From positions 225,806,001 through 225,870,000 of the forward strand of contig NC_058368.1 in the NCBI RefSeq assembly GCF_018350175.1: a DNA stretch of 64,000 bases. The letters are read 5' to 3'. The stretch is from Felis catus. Its lineage: Eukaryota. How positions within the stretch are numbered: the stretch's first letter is position 1; each line of letters opens with the position of its first letter. The translations under genes were made by a program, and so were the position numbers. Below are positions 12,176 to 25,381 of the stretch, one piece after another. Under the pieces are notes generated by a model. That model made no database searches and was not told the origin of the DNA. It saw only the letters and a program-made list of their open reading frames with translations.

Positions 12176-13711
12176 AAAATGTTTCATCACGTGCCAATAA
12201 TAAGAAAGCAAACTGAACTTTGGTGTCACCAAGGTGCCTGGATACGAGATGGTCAGAGCCCGTGGGGGCCCTAGCTGGGAAGCAGCGAGCCCTGACTCAG
12301 TGTGGGGGGGGGGGTGTCTCTAAATGTTGGAGAGACAAGTTATGCTTTTTGTGACCGAAACGTGTTTCTTTCCTCTTGCTAAAAGTTTACCTCTAATATT
12401 GTTAACGCTTGTTTTCATCACAAGCACAAGGCTGCATTTTTTAGTAAAAATATGCTCATGTCTGTCATATCATATTTTTTTCTTGGCATATAGTCTTCCG
12501 CATCTGTAGAAATTAAATCTTAGAAAGTGATGTGGCCCAAATTGAAGAAATGCTGGGCTTGGAGCAAACCAGTTCAACTCCTGGGCCTCAGTTTCCTTAC
12601 TGGCTAAACAAAGTGTGTAGGCTTATTCTAAGGCTGTGGTAATCAAGACAGTATGGTGATAAGTCAGTGGAACAGAGTAGAGTCCAGAAGTAGACTCACA
12701 TATATGTGACACCTAATTTTCAGCAAAGGTTCAGAGGCAATTCAGCAAAGAGAAGATGGCTTTTTAACAAGTAGCACAGAAATGTTGAATTTCCATGTGC
12801 AAAAATTTCCAGATACCTGGCATCATATATACGAATTAACTCCAAGGGCATTGAAACAGGCCTAAATATAAAGTTAAATCTGTAAAACTTCTAGATGTGA
12901 ACAGAAAGTCTTCATAACCCCAAGTGAAGGAACGATTTCTCGGATGCAATACGATAGGCATCATCCGTCAAAGAAAAATTTAACACTTTGGACTTCATCG
13001 AGATGAAAAAAATATCTTTTCTCTTTAACAGACAGTATTGAGGGAAGAAAAGTCCAGGCACAGATTGGGAGAAAATACTCATAAACCATACATCTGAAAA
13101 GGTCTGCATCCAGAACAGATAAAGAACTTCTATAACTTAATAAGAAAACAACCCAGTTAAAAAAAATCCAAATGATTTGAACATCTTTAACAAAGATAAA
13201 TGCATAAAAAGGATGCCCACGATCATTGGTTATTAGAAGCTCAAATTAGTACAGTCACAATGAGATAGCACTACACTTACTTGAATGGCCAGAATGCAAA
13301 AAGACCCTACTGAGTGTTGTGAGGGTGGGAAGCAATTGGAAGGCTCATATTCTGCCTCTGGGGATGCATGTTACATGGTCACAGCCATTGACTACAACAC
13401 TGGGGCAGGTTCTTGAAAAGGTAAACATATACCTACCATGGGATTCAGCCATTCCCGTCCTAGGTATTTACCCAAGAGAAGTGAAAGCACATGTCCATCC
13501 ATACAAAGTCTTGTACAAGAGTGTTCATAGGAGCTTTATTGGTCATAGCTGAAAACTGTCCATCAGAAGGTGGATAGATAAGTAAACTGTGGTATATCCA
13601 TATGGTGGGATACTGCTCTACAATAAAAAGGCATGAATTATTGATACACTAGTAAATGAAACAACCAGGATGAATCTCGAAGTAACTAGTCTGAATTAAA
13701 GAAGCAATACA

Positions 13712-13939
13712 GGGGCGCCTGGGTGGCGCAGTTGGTTAAGCGTCCGACTTCAGCCAGGTCACGATCTCGCGGTCTGTGAGTTCGAGCCCCGTGTCAGGCT
13801 CTGGGCTGATGGCTCAGAGCCTGGAGCCTGTTTCCGATTCTGTGTCTCCCTCTCTCTCTGCCCCTCCCCCGTTCATGCTCTGTCTCTCTCTCTGTCCCAA
13901 AAATAAATAAACGTTGAAAAAAAAATTAAAAAAAAAATT
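13712..13939 (+). mobile_element. Young felid Can-SINE
   Basis: Young diagnostics; perfect TSD aagaagcaataca at 13699-13711 and 13940-13952. Confidence 0.97.
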
Positions 13940-13994
13940 AAGAAGCAATACAAAAAGAGTCAGGCTGGATGATTCCATTTGTCTAAAAATTTTT

Positions 13995-14209
13995 TTTTAA
14001 TTTTTTTTTTAACGTTTATTTATTTTTGAGACAGAGACAGAGCATGAACGGGGGAGGGTCAGAGAGAGAGGGAGACACAGAATCTGAAACAGGCTCCAGG
14101 CTCCGAGCGGTCAGCACAGAGCCCGATGCGGGGCTCGAACTCACGGACCGCGATATCATGACCTGAGCTGAAGTTGGCTGCTCAACCAACTGAACCACCC
14201 AGGTGCCCC
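13995..14209 (-). mobile_element. Felid Can-SINE
   Basis: Antisense SINE; perfect TSD tgtctaaaaattttt at 13980-13994 and 14210-14224. Confidence 0.96.
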
Positions 14210-15059
14210 TGTCTAAAAATTTTTAAATGCACACTTGTCTATTGTTACAGAAAGCAAATCGTTCCTTACCTTGGAAGGGAGCAGGTGGTACAGGGAAGGG
14301 CAGGAAGGAAGGATTCAAAAGGGCACCAGGAACCTTGGGAAGGGTGGTGGCATTGTGCGTTGTATTGATTTTAGTGATGGTTTCACGGGTGCATAAATGT
14401 GTCAAAAGTTATCAAATAATGCACTTTGAATATGCACAGTTTATTGGAAGCCACTTACACATCAATAAAGCTATTTAGAATAAAGTGGGTACAACAGTCA
14501 CACTGAAACCTGAATGCGAACGCCAACAGAAGTAGGGTCTGTTCTGTTTAGAAGCCGGCAGGAATTTTTATTGTTTTCTACAGAGTGCCAGAACTTGTTT
14601 GACTCCCTTCCATATTGCTGTGTGCCGTGCAGCGTGTGTTTCTTTTAGCTGAAATAATTAAAAGGTCCTTTGACTTTTGGGAATGATGTATTTCTCCTTT
14701 TTAAAAAATGCTGTATGGAGGCACAGTACAAAGACAGGCAAGTGTGGACCTGACTTACGAGCTGTGTTTGCTCACGGGATGGTTTTTGGCCCTCTTGTCT
14801 GCATGTCCTAAAAACAGAAACCAAAGAGGCCTGGGTGCTCGGAGGACAAGTTCCACTGACTCTAAGATGAGCCCCCCGCCCCCAGGCCTGTCTTCCGTCT
14901 TTCAAAAGCCCTGTCACCTGCTGCTGCCGTATATAGAGGAGCAGCATGAAACACACATGTGTTTTAACACCTGAAAAGCCTTCAGGTAGGAGTCAGGTAG
15001 GGGGTTTGGTTTTGTGTTCTTCCTAGTACCTTCTACTCATCTGTAGTGACAGCAGGGGT

Positions 15060-15262
15060 GGTTGCCTGGATTTTAAAGGAGGTGACCAGGTAGGTGGGTA
15101 GGTGGTGTTTTCCAGGTGGGTGTTGGAAACATTCTGTATCTTGCTTCCGTTGGTGGTTTCAAGGGAGTAGACATCTGTTAAAACTCACCAGATTTTATGT
15201 GTTTTTTTTTTAATGTGTAGTTTATTCTCTATAAACTACTCAATAAGGTTGTTATTTTAGAA
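15060..15262 (+). mobile_element. Old L1M 3'UTR end
   Basis: ggaaacattctgtatcttg...ttaaaactcacca...ctcaataagg. Confidence 0.6.
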
Positions 15263-16473
15263 ACTGCATACCTTTTTCTGCCTTCAGCTCTCAGCTGTAG
15301 AAAATCGTGGCCCTGCACACACACACACATCCTGGTCATGTCTTCATAAAATAATCATATCATTGCCTCCCTGAGTAATTTCTTCTCAGGAAGAAATAAA
15401 ACTTTGTAGCTGCTATTTCAACCATCGCCTATAGATTGGTTTTTATTGTTAAACTTGGGTACTGTTTCTTTACATCTGTGTTTGTAAGGGCAAAGTCAAG
15501 GTGGAATGGAGGCAGTTTGTTTTAGCTAGTGAGCTGTAAAACAAAGTATGATTACTAGTCTGTCAAACGTGATAGCCCTGGGGCAGGACAGGGGCCAAGG
15601 TGGTGTTCATCCTGGAATGTCTCAAGCACAGTGATGCCGTATAATAAATACTTGTTTACTTGTCACTTGACTGAATTGACGCTTTCCCCCCTTTTTAGTT
15701 CCAAATCACCCCCATTAGACAACCTCTCTACTCCCTGATCCCCCAAACAGCACACAGGATATATTAGCCAGCTGGGAAAGATGTCTTCACAGTCCATTAG
15801 CATCCCTTCTCTCTGTGCTCAGAAAAGTTGTCTCTGGTTCCTTGGAATGTAGGTGAGCTCATAGATGCGGGGTACCCAGCACCCAAGCTTGTCTAGACCA
15901 GGCATACTGTAGTCCCTCTTCTTCTTATCCCTTGCATATAATCATCAGCTGGTTCCAGATTATTCACTAGAAGCCCAAATCTTTCCCAGATTTGATCTTC
16001 CTGCAGCGAAAGAGTGACTCATTCATTCACCTGTAGGTGCGTGAATTTCCTGAAGGGAGCGGAATCAAAGGGTTTCAGCTTCTCGGTTATTAAGATCCTT
16101 TTTGGACTAATTGAATTGAGTTCACAGTAGAAGTGAATGCATTATTTAGTCCTGGCCTGCATCTGCAGAAGCCCTCCGTGTGACAGAAACATTAATCCTG
16201 AGCTCAGAGTCAAGCCCCATCAGTTCTGCCCTGTTAGACAGGTACACTTTGTCCTCTCAAGCTTGATCAATTATTGACTCCACAGATGACTCTGCTCAAT
16301 AAACAAACTAATTGGCTTGCTCTTAAGAAATTTACAGGTGCTTAAAATGCACCAATAGGATAGCGATCACTGCCCTAGGAAATAAAACTTACTGTGTTGG
16401 TAATTTAATTTCGTTGGGGGATCCAGGCCAGACTGAGAAAGCTGATCACTTTGGCTCCCATGATCCCCATTAA

Positions 16474-16501
16474 AAAGAACCCCAAAGAACCCCAAAGAAC
16501 C
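16474..16501. repeat. 10-bp tandem repeat (aaagaacccc), about 2.8 copies
   Basis: Read directly. Confidence 0.85.
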
Positions 16502-16653
16502 AATTTTTGTAAACTTACTCCCTGAATCTCTGCCCTAACCTATAAAAGCAGTCATGAATATAAATTATAATACATTTTACATCTTAAAATTTTATTTGAA
16601 TGTGTACTTCCTTTGGGCAGAATTCTTATCTGTTCATTTAGAAGTCATACACA

Positions 16654-16880
16654 GGGGCACCTTGGGTGGCTCAGTCGGTTAAGCATTAGACTTCGGCTCA
16701 GGTCATGATCTCATGGTTTGTGAGTTTGAGCCCCACCTTGGGGTCTGTGCTGACAGTTCAGAGCCTGGAGCCTGCTTCGGATTCTGTGTCTCCCTCCCTC
16801 TCTGCCCCTCCCCAGCTCGTGCTCTGTCTCTCTCTCTCTCTCAAGAGTAAATAAACATTAAAAAAATTGTTTTAAATAAA
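16654..16880 (+). mobile_element. Can-SINE
   Basis: Full SINE consensus with A-rich tail. Confidence 0.93.
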
Positions 16881-19341
16881 AGTGTCATGCACATTTTCTA
16901 CTCTGAGTGAACGTTACTTTAAAAAGAATAGTTATTTTAAAACATGTCATTCAATTCAGGCATATTTGATAAGTGGAGAGTCTGGTACTCGTAATTAGTC
17001 GACATCTAAATATCTGGTGAATAAAATACTCATTAAATTTTGACAGTTACTCAAAACATGTCAAAGTCAAGGAAGTGCTGGGACCTGCCTTCAGTGATAG
17101 TGAAGGGACACGACAGGACACAGGTTGGCTGTGTCAGTTGGCTTTCTTGGTGGTGGTTGGGAAGGGACCTGGGGGCCCAGGGATGGGGTAGCAAGCAGGG
17201 GGCGGTTTGTGTGGGGACCCGATGAGCGGGGGGGGGGGGTGGGTGGGGGGAGATTGAGGCTGGATGCTGCAGGACAGGGGACTGCCTTTTGACCTTTCCT
17301 GTCTGGCTCACTAAGCCCCAGCCTTAGATTACGAAACATGTTCTGGAAATTATTTCCAGAGGGCACACATCCCTTTGGTGACAGCTTATTTCTGGATTCC
17401 TGGTGCAAATGCCTGGCCTCTGATGACATTCAGGGGTGTGCTTCTCGGCCCATCATCTGATTAGTCACTGAATGCTAAGGACTCACCCTGCTGGCTGAGG
17501 GTCACAGCATGTGAGTGCAGGAGCAAAGAGAATTGTTTATTTCCCCCAGGCTCCTTGTGACAGACCCTGAAGGCAGGACCGCCCCCTTCCTTCAGTGTCC
17601 CCCTTTATGGGTGTCCCTGGCCCTGTGGATGTGAAATGCTTGGGCCTTCCCCAGAAAAATGGTCTTTCAGCAGAATTCTTTGAGGCTCCCATGGTGAAAT
17701 TTCAAGCTTGATGTCTGAAGAGATGATTGCAGTCATGTCTGAGAAATCTTGGAACGCGACCCGAGGCCGTAACAGATTCTTACAAAATAGTCCTCAGTTT
17801 TGCTTTGAACAAGGGTGCGTCCATTCCTTCTGGGTTCTGGGGCGAGGTCTGTGGCCCGCCCCCCCCCCCCCCACTGGCCAGTGTGCAGGATGTCAAAGGA
17901 GGTCAGAGGTTGCAGCGAGAGGTAGGACAGTCTCTAGCTCACATCCCTGTGCTCACCTTTAAAATGGGTGTAATCACAGAAACCGCTTCCCAGAGTTTTG
18001 GGGGAGGCTCGAAGGATCCCGCACGTATAGCATTTAACACAGAACGGCAGGCCTTCTGTTCATCTGAGCTGTCATCGTTAGTGTTCCTGTCACGCTGCTC
18101 TGCCCTGAGAAGTGGAAGAGCCCCGATTTGCAGCCATTTGCATGTTCAGAGCAAGACTCCCCCGGGGACCAGGAGGCTCACTAATCCCCCAGCTGCTGAG
18201 AGCAGTCAGCTCGCAGACTCCCCGGGGCTGGCGGCTCGGTCCTCAGAGTCGGAGCCAGAGGCCATCTGCTCCGGTTTGGGGGAAGGCGGGTGGCGTGGCA
18301 CTTAACTTTCCGAATCCTCTCCAAGGCCAGAGGCCGCCAGCTCCGGCATCTTGTTCCGATTTGGGGCCCTGCTCCGACTCTGTGTCTGACCTTGCAGCCT
18401 CAGGTTAAGAAGAAGGGGGCAGAGCGGATCCTGTGCTCTCCCCCCGAGAACATCCTTGAATGTACTTGAGAGCTGAACTCCTGTATAGTCTGCGAACATC
18501 CTTGACAGCTGAGGACTCCTGTGCTTTATGGGCCCGACACTTGCTCCAGAAGCAGTGGCCCCTGCCTGTAGTCCCAGAGAGCAGTCCCCGGCAGGGGCGT
18601 CCCGCTCTCCTTGGCCTTAGTGTGAATGCAAGGAGCTGAAGGCTGCAGCCCCTCTCCTCCTCCCCGCCCCCCACATCCCTGCCTCACACCGTCCTGTCTC
18701 TTTAAAGAAATGCAGCCTTTGTTTGATCCGTGGTCCCAACCACCCACCAGGCACAACTCGCTCCCAAGCCCTGCGGGGTAGCTGCTGCTAGATGTTGGGG
18801 GCACCCCAGCCCGGCAGCTTCCTGCAGACAGAGGAGGCATTGACCAAATCGGCTCCGAGGCTCAGGGCCTGCGGCTTCAACCAGCCCCCTTAACAGGTAC
18901 CTGGTCCCGGGCGACTTACGAAACCTCAAAACTTCATTCTTTCGCTGGTAATAGGTGGGAAGTGCTACTTCGTTTGGGGGTCGTGGTGAGGATTAAAGCA
19001 CATGGAAACCTGCAAGTGCCTGGCCCCTTGGTGAGGCCTCGGAGAGTAAGAATGGGTGTTTAGTTTGTGCGGCTGTGTGAGGCCGGCTGGTCAGTCCCGT
19101 TCAGGCTGTACCCGCTCGTCCCAGACAGGCAGAGTGGGATTGGCACGGGGCTGGCCAGAGGAAGCTTAGGGAAGAATCTGGAAGGGCTGTCAGTTGAGAT
19201 CAGGCCTTTTGCCGTTTTGGACCGTGGTGGCTTGAGGTGCAAAGGAGAGCCCTTTTTCCAACCACGAGTATGCTCTCCCCGGTCTGAGGGTGCATGTCGG
19301 GTGCCCCCCAGGCAAATCCACATTTATAAAACATCCTTTAA

Positions 19342-19568
19342 GGGGCACCTGGGTGGCTCAGTCGGTTGAGTGTCCAACCTCGGCTCAGGTCATGATCTCA
19401 CGGTTCGTGGGTTCGAGCCCCACGTCGGGCTCTGTGCTGACAGCTCAGAGCCTGGAGCCTGCTTCGGATTGTGTGCCCCTCTCTCTCTGCCCCTCCCCCG
19501 CTTGTGCTCTGCTTCTCCCAGTCTCAAAAATAAACAAACATTGAAAAAAAATTGAAACGATAAAATAC
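19342..19568 (+). mobile_element. Can-SINE
   Basis: SINE consensus; TSD aaaacatccttt at 19328-19339 and 19569-19580. Confidence 0.95.
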
Positions 19569-20609
19569 AAAACATCCTTTTAGTCTGCCAAAATGCTCTC
19601 CCGAAACAAGAGGCGGAGATGACTTCAGTCGCCCGTAGTTACAAAACATTCCCACTCTGATTTGTATAAAACACCATTTCAGGCATCCTTTCGTTTGGGG
19701 CCTTCAGCGCTGTGCCCAGCTCTCTGGTCTCCTGGCAAACAGCGGGAGCACCCCCGCGACGATCCCAATGTGTTCCATGCAGCGTATCCTGACCTGTGTG
19801 TGGAGTGCGTGTGTCCCACTGGGATGAGGGAGTTAATGTTGGACACTGAGGACGTGCAGTGGGACGCATGTGTCCTGAGACCTGGGCGTCCCGGTGGCAC
19901 CTTGGGAGCAGTGAACTGTGTCCAGGTCCCAGGGCAGAACCAGGTTTGTGATTTCGTGTTTTGCGAGGGGATCTCTCTCGCGCTAATAACCCATATCCTC
20001 CTTGTTGCCACTGTGAGTAATCAGATTCTTCACCTTTGAAGATGGGAGAAGTGAGTTTGGGTCCTGTCAACACTGTCCAGCTTCAGGGCATTTTGTGAGA
20101 GCTTCTCTCAGGGAAAGAGCCGGTGACTCACTGATTTCAAGGCCGCCTCTGGGAAGAGGGGTGTCTTCCTTCTTGAAAGCTGGCCTGAAAACGCCCCTCC
20201 GTCCCAGCGTGTGGATGGTCCATTTCGAGCAAGAGGAGTGAAATGGGTTGGGGGGGGGGGGCGGGGTGGAGAGGTGGGGCCCAAAGGAGAGAGAAGGATT
20301 TGTCAAACGCTTGCGGGCTCCTGGGCAATCTGAAATCAGTTAACTCACGGCAGCTAGCACTCCTGTCCACTCCAGCGCGGCGTGCATTCAGCAACCACGC
20401 CCCCCGTCTTGTGGCGGGCGCACTCTCTGCCCTTGGCATCACTGAGATCAGGAAAAGCACTCGGATCTTGCAAGGACTGATGCTGACTGTAAATACATTT
20501 GTGTATATTCGAGGGAGAGGGGAAGGAAAAGCAATGCAGGTGTTCTGGTTTACATGCTACCTCCTTAGGACCCACCGTCTCACAGCCCCTAACAAAATGG
20601 GTCTTCATA

Positions 20610-20755
20610 TGCCCGTGTCTTCACTTGTTGAATATCCAGCTTCTCTGACACCGAGGAAGCTCCATGAAGCAGAGACCATGCCTCCTTATCCACTCCTGTG
20701 TACCCCGGGCCCTTAATAAACGCTCAGTAAAAATGCTTGATGAATGAATGAGTGA
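20610..20755 (+). mobile_element. L2 3' end
   Basis: aagctccatgaagcagagacc...ctcagtaaaaatgcttgatgaatgaatga. Confidence 0.65.
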
Positions 20756-21550
20756 TCCGACTCCCATAAAGAGACCATCATTTCCAGAGGAAGAAAAATG
20801 GTACCAGGAGACCTTGCCTTTCGGAAGCCTGGCAGGGCTATTTTACCGGTGTAGCAGTCCCTGGTCCAGGGCACGGTTCTGAGCGGGGGGTTCTCCTCTC
20901 AGCAAGTTAGTAAGATGGGGTTTCTGAGTCTCACATGGAAAGTGACTAGTAAAAACCCAAAAGAGGAGAATGGGAGCTGACTGGAATTGAAGTCTGAATG
21001 TTGCTCTGAGTACAGAAATGCCCGGGCTACCCCTTCTGATTCATTCACACATTATCACATGATTGCCTTGGCCTTGATAAGGGTGGCTGGAATGAGCAGG
21101 GTAATGTCTCCTCTCCGCCCACTCTCTACATCATCGCTCTCCAGCAGGGCTGGGTCAGCATGGAGTGCTATGCACTTCAGATGATAACCTTGGGGCGGGG
21201 GGGGGGGGTATCCCTCCACACGGCTTCAAGCCAGTGGCTCTCTCGGCTCTCAGAGTATGTGTAGACAGTGTAGTCCTCACACATAATTCAAGTCTCAGCC
21301 GCTCTGAACATACTGTGATGCCCATTTTTTGTTGGTGTTAAAATGTTCCCTATTGTAAATCAGTGGGTGTAGGGAACATAACGTCATTCTTTCTGGCTGC
21401 ATAGACCTTCTGAAGACCCATGACGGGGAATTTTCTGTCCTGGGAGATGGTGACGTTTCACACAGAAGCCGGAGCTCATTTTCCCAGGCTTCGTTGAAGC
21501 TAAGGGGTACCCATGCAACCCAGCTTCACCACATACCTGGACACCATTTT

Positions 21551-21686
21551 GTTATTTTATTTGTTTAAAGGAGGCTCCCCACCCAGTGTGGAGGCCAAGG
21601 CAGGGCTTGAAATCACGACCCTGAGATCAAGACCTGAGATGGGATCAACAGTCAGACGTTTAACTGACTGAGCCACCCAGGCACCC
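21551..21686 (-). mobile_element. Older short Can-SINE
   Basis: Antisense head; TSD tggacaccatttt (21538-21550) / tggacgccatttt (21689-21701). Confidence 0.88.
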
Positions 21687-22760
21687 TGTGGACGCCATTT
21701 TGAGTTAGAAGCTGGTAATGAAGAAAACAGGCTTAAAGGAATCCATTCTGGTGAGGACGGCAGTCATTATATGCATTCGCCAAGGTTGCAGTGGTGAAGG
21801 TTCTAGAGTGCCCAGCATTCTGTGGGCTGCCCGGGTGCTTCCACTGGTATTTCTGATGAAACAGTTCTGTGGTGAGATTTCAGCAGTGTTTGTGACCTGG
21901 TTTTCTGGCCCTTCTGGTACTCCCTGAGCTACCCTTTCGCGAATTCCTTTTCTGTTCAGACCAGCCAGAATAAGTCAGTCTTGCCACTAGAAACCTCAGC
22001 TGATAATATTGGCCATTCAAGTTCTAAACCCACGTGGCTGTGAAATAGCACCATAACCACTTTGGGCTCTCTGTTGGACTTCTGGTGGTTATCATATCCT
22101 GAGCACCAGTCAAGAAATGCTTAGACCTGGAGACATCTAGGTTGGTCTGCCTTTGACTTACTTCCTCCCCACTCGAAATTTTCCATTTGTCCTGGGAGGT
22201 GGGGAAGAATGGGGTAGTGATCAAACTCTTGGGTTAAACGGTTAAGAGAATCTTTGACTTCTGGGTTTGTCTTGACAACTGCTGGAGTATGCATTTCAGT
22301 CCTTTGCAAATTCCCTTCAACTCTAAAGTCTAGAATCCAGGATGAACGCATCCTCCTAAAAGTTTTTCACCTTTTATAGATCTTTCCAAAGTGCCACATG
22401 CAATGAATTCAGGTAGCATATTGTATGAATTCCTGTTTGAGTTTCTGTTGGGATTTGCTATTTATTTTGTGGGGTGAAATAATTCTAAATTATCTATATT
22501 CAAAGTTGTCATTGTTTTAAATTTCACCACAGTATTTTCTACACGAGCTCTGTTATATGAGCTAGAAGAGGTTACAAAACAAAGATACTGACAAACACTG
22601 AAGGAACCCCTCTTGCTTTCTCAAGGCTGACTTAGACTGTGGTCACTCCAGCCATCTCTTCATGCAGAGGATTCATGCAGTTATCTTCATGTTCAGGTAA
22701 TTTGCAAAAGTGTCTTGAAAAATATGAAGATCATACAGGTACTCTTTGCAAAATAAATTT

Positions 22761-22970
22761 AAAAAAAAATTTTTAATGTTTATTCATTTATTGAGAGAGA
22801 AAGCATGAGTGAGGGAGGGGCAGAGAGAGAAGGAGACACAGAATCCGAAGCAGGCTCTGGGCTCTGAGCTGTCCACACAGAGCCCAGCACGGGGCCCGAA
22901 CTCCTGAACTGTGAGATCATGACCTGAGCTGAAGTCAGCTGTTCAACGGACTGAGCCACCCAGGTGGCCC
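22761..22970 (-). mobile_element. Can-SINE
   Basis: Antisense SINE consensus with tgcaaaa-type TSD. Confidence 0.93.
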
Positions 22971-23499
22971 TGCAAAAAATTTTTAAATGGCATCTAGGTA
23001 ATTGCTTTAGCAATTATCTATTGGCTGCATGGAGACCCAGAATAAGGAAACAAAAGGAAAAAAAAAAAAAAAACTTTTGAACTGAGATAAAGCCTCTGAT
23101 GTTCTAGAAACTGTGTTACCACCTCGACACCCAAAGACTCCAGTAACAGACTTAGTAACATTCATTGTCATTGGGTTTCTGTTGGGTGTCAGGGGCACCT
23201 TGTCTGATCTCCGTGTCTGGCTTCCTGTGTCCATCTTTTAAGGGAGATTTCCAAGGCCGAGGAGGTCGTAGGTCCATTCCCTCCCTCCCAGCAGTCCCTG
23301 TACAGGAAAGGGTCCGACACGTCCCCTGATTGTCTCATACGTAACCAGTGCCATTTCCTTGGGTGTAAAGGAGCCTGGGAAGTCTTCCTAATCATTCTGC
23401 TCGCTGCGTGTGCTGGGAAAGAGAAGCCCAACTCAGAGCAGTCCAGCACCTAATTCGTTAAAAGCAACCTTGTTTAACGCTTGGGGAGTAAACCTTTTC

Positions 23500-23840
23500 A
23501 CAACCCCTTTAGTTCCTTTGAGGCTGTCCCATGTGCCTGAGTGTCTTGTTTCTGCCTCGAATTCCTCCTCTCGCCCCTGACCCCAACCCTTGCTTCACTG
23601 TCCCTGAGACCTCATTTCCCAGGGAAGCCCCTCTGCTCGCCACACCCCCCAGGCCTGTCTCACGCTCGCCTTGTGACTCCACGTCACTCTGTGCCTTCCG
23701 GTCACCACGGCACCGATCACATTGCTCTGTAATCTCTTGTTCATTTGCCTGAATTCCACTTGGGGATGATAGGGACCATTTCTCCTCTTTGCCCTCCTAC
23801 CGCGTGGCCAGCCAGTGGCATCAATCAATGAATCATTTAA
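23500..23840 (+). mobile_element. L2 3' fragment
   Basis: ttcccagggaagccc...cacattg...gatagggaccat, L2-like. Confidence 0.5.
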
Positions 23841-23995
23841 CCAAACTGTGTAATTAATAAGATCTACGATGAGTCTGGAACTGTGGCGTGAGCCAATGGG
23901 TGGTCCAAGAGCAGGAAAACAGCCCTGGCTCAGCCACTGACAAGCTCTGTGTGGGCACAGTCTTTGTATCTGTGTACCATTCTTCAAGACCTTTT

Positions 23996-24222
23996 TTTTT
24001 TTTTAAGTTTATTCATTGATTTTGAAAGAGAGAGAGAGAGAGCATGAACGAGCAGGGGAGGAACAGAGAGATAGAGGGAGAGAGAGAGAATCCCAAGCAG
24101 GCTTCACCCTGTGAGTGCAGAGCCTGATTGAGTGCAGGGCTCAATCTCACAAACCATGAGATCATGACCCGAGCCAAAATCAAGAGTCGGATACTCAGCT
24201 GACTCAGTCACCCAGACACCCC
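23996..24222 (-). mobile_element. Can-SINE, apparently inside a MIR
   Basis: TSD ttcttcaagacctttt (23980-23995) / ttcctcaagacatttt (24224-24239); flanks rejoin into MIR-like sequence. Confidence 0.92.
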
Positions 24223-24659
24223 CTTCCTCAAGACATTTTAAGGATTATATGAAACAATTAACATAAAGTCCTTGGTACATAGTAAACACTCCTTGGCTGC
24301 TGTTATTATCATCTGTCATGGGGAGAGGGAGTGAGCTGGCCAGCGGTAATGAGGGACCAAAAATGAAGAAACAGGAGATCTAAACCTTCCTTCCTTCCTT
24401 GTGTTGATATGCTGATGAAAGTCAGAGAAAGGAAAGATCATTGTGCTTGGAGAGAGCAAGGTAGAGTAGGTGAGATGGAAACTGTTCATCTCTTGGGTGT
24501 TTTTTAATTTAATTTTTAATTTTTTTCCCCTTGGGTGTTTTTTTTTTTTTAAAGGAAACACTTACGTGAGACAGAATGCCTGCAGTCTTCCCAGCGTTTT
24601 GCATGTGATTATATTCTCATACACCCTGCTATCCTGAATCCAGGCTACTTAACAATTAC

Positions 24660-24825
24660 ATACGCATTAAGTCTTCACAACTGTGTGAAATGCTACTATT
24701 ACCCCACTTTCCCGAGGAGGAAACAAGCACAGAGAGGTTAGGTAACTTGCCTGAGATCACACAGCCAGTAGGTCGTAGAGCCAGCATCCGAACCCAGGCA
24801 GGCTGGCCCCAGGTTCCTGTGCCAG
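24660..24825 (-). mobile_element. MIR
   Basis: gaggaaacaagcacagagaggttaggtaacttgcctgagatcacacagc is the MIR core. Confidence 0.85.
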
Positions 24826-25340
24826 AATTGCCCCTCGGAGCACATGCACTTTGCCCGGCACGGTGAGGGGGTCAGATGCCAGAGACTCTGCTCTTTAGTG
24901 GTTTACTACTCGGGCAAAGAGTTACAATGCCCTTGTGAAGTCAAACTTGAGAAACAGAGGAGAGGACTGTAGTCAGGGTGGGTTTCCCGGAGGTAGAAGG
25001 GAGGACGAGGACAAGGAGGAGTGGGCAGAGGGCAGGCAGACCTTTCCAGGCAGTCTGGCCTTCTGGGGCAGGAAGAGCTGTCTCAAACGATGGCAGGTTT
25101 GGGGCGTGGGAGCGGGAGTGGGAGTATAGCGCGCAGCCTTCTAGACGCAGGGTGAGCCACGTTAGGCTTTGCTTAGACTTGATCGATGGTGATGGAAACA
25201 GAGGTTGAAGATGCACCTGACCACCATGCGGGATAAACACGAATTGCGGGGCGGGGTGTGGGTGGCGGTGCTGAGGATACTGTCTGCGCATCCGAAAGAC
25301 ACTTAAGGTTCAGTTTCCCCCTCTACCTTGTGATGGTAGA

Positions 25341-25381
25341 GGACTGGATGGACTGGATGGACTGGAGGACTGGATGGACTG
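25341..25381. repeat. 9-bp minisatellite (ggactggat), 4-5 copies
   Basis: Read directly; one unit lacks the final t. Confidence 0.85.

Larger units (their letters stand above)
12620..14478 (+). mobile_element. Old L1 (L1MC/MD-like) ORF2 3' region and 3'UTR, carrying two SINEs
   Basis: gtaatcaagacagtatggtg and cagtggaacagagtagagtccagaa; ORF 13319-13552 contains KVNIYLPWDSAIPVLGIYPRE, homologous to the L1 ORF2 C-terminus; ends aataaagct. Confidence 0.9.

Noticed and set aside
17727..18305. 192-aa ORF
   Set aside because: GC-rich chance frame crossing a C-run and MIR-like sequence; no recognisable domain.
25341..25381. Short repeats as a possible CRISPR-like array
   Set aside because: No spacers, eukaryotic context and simple slippage structure.
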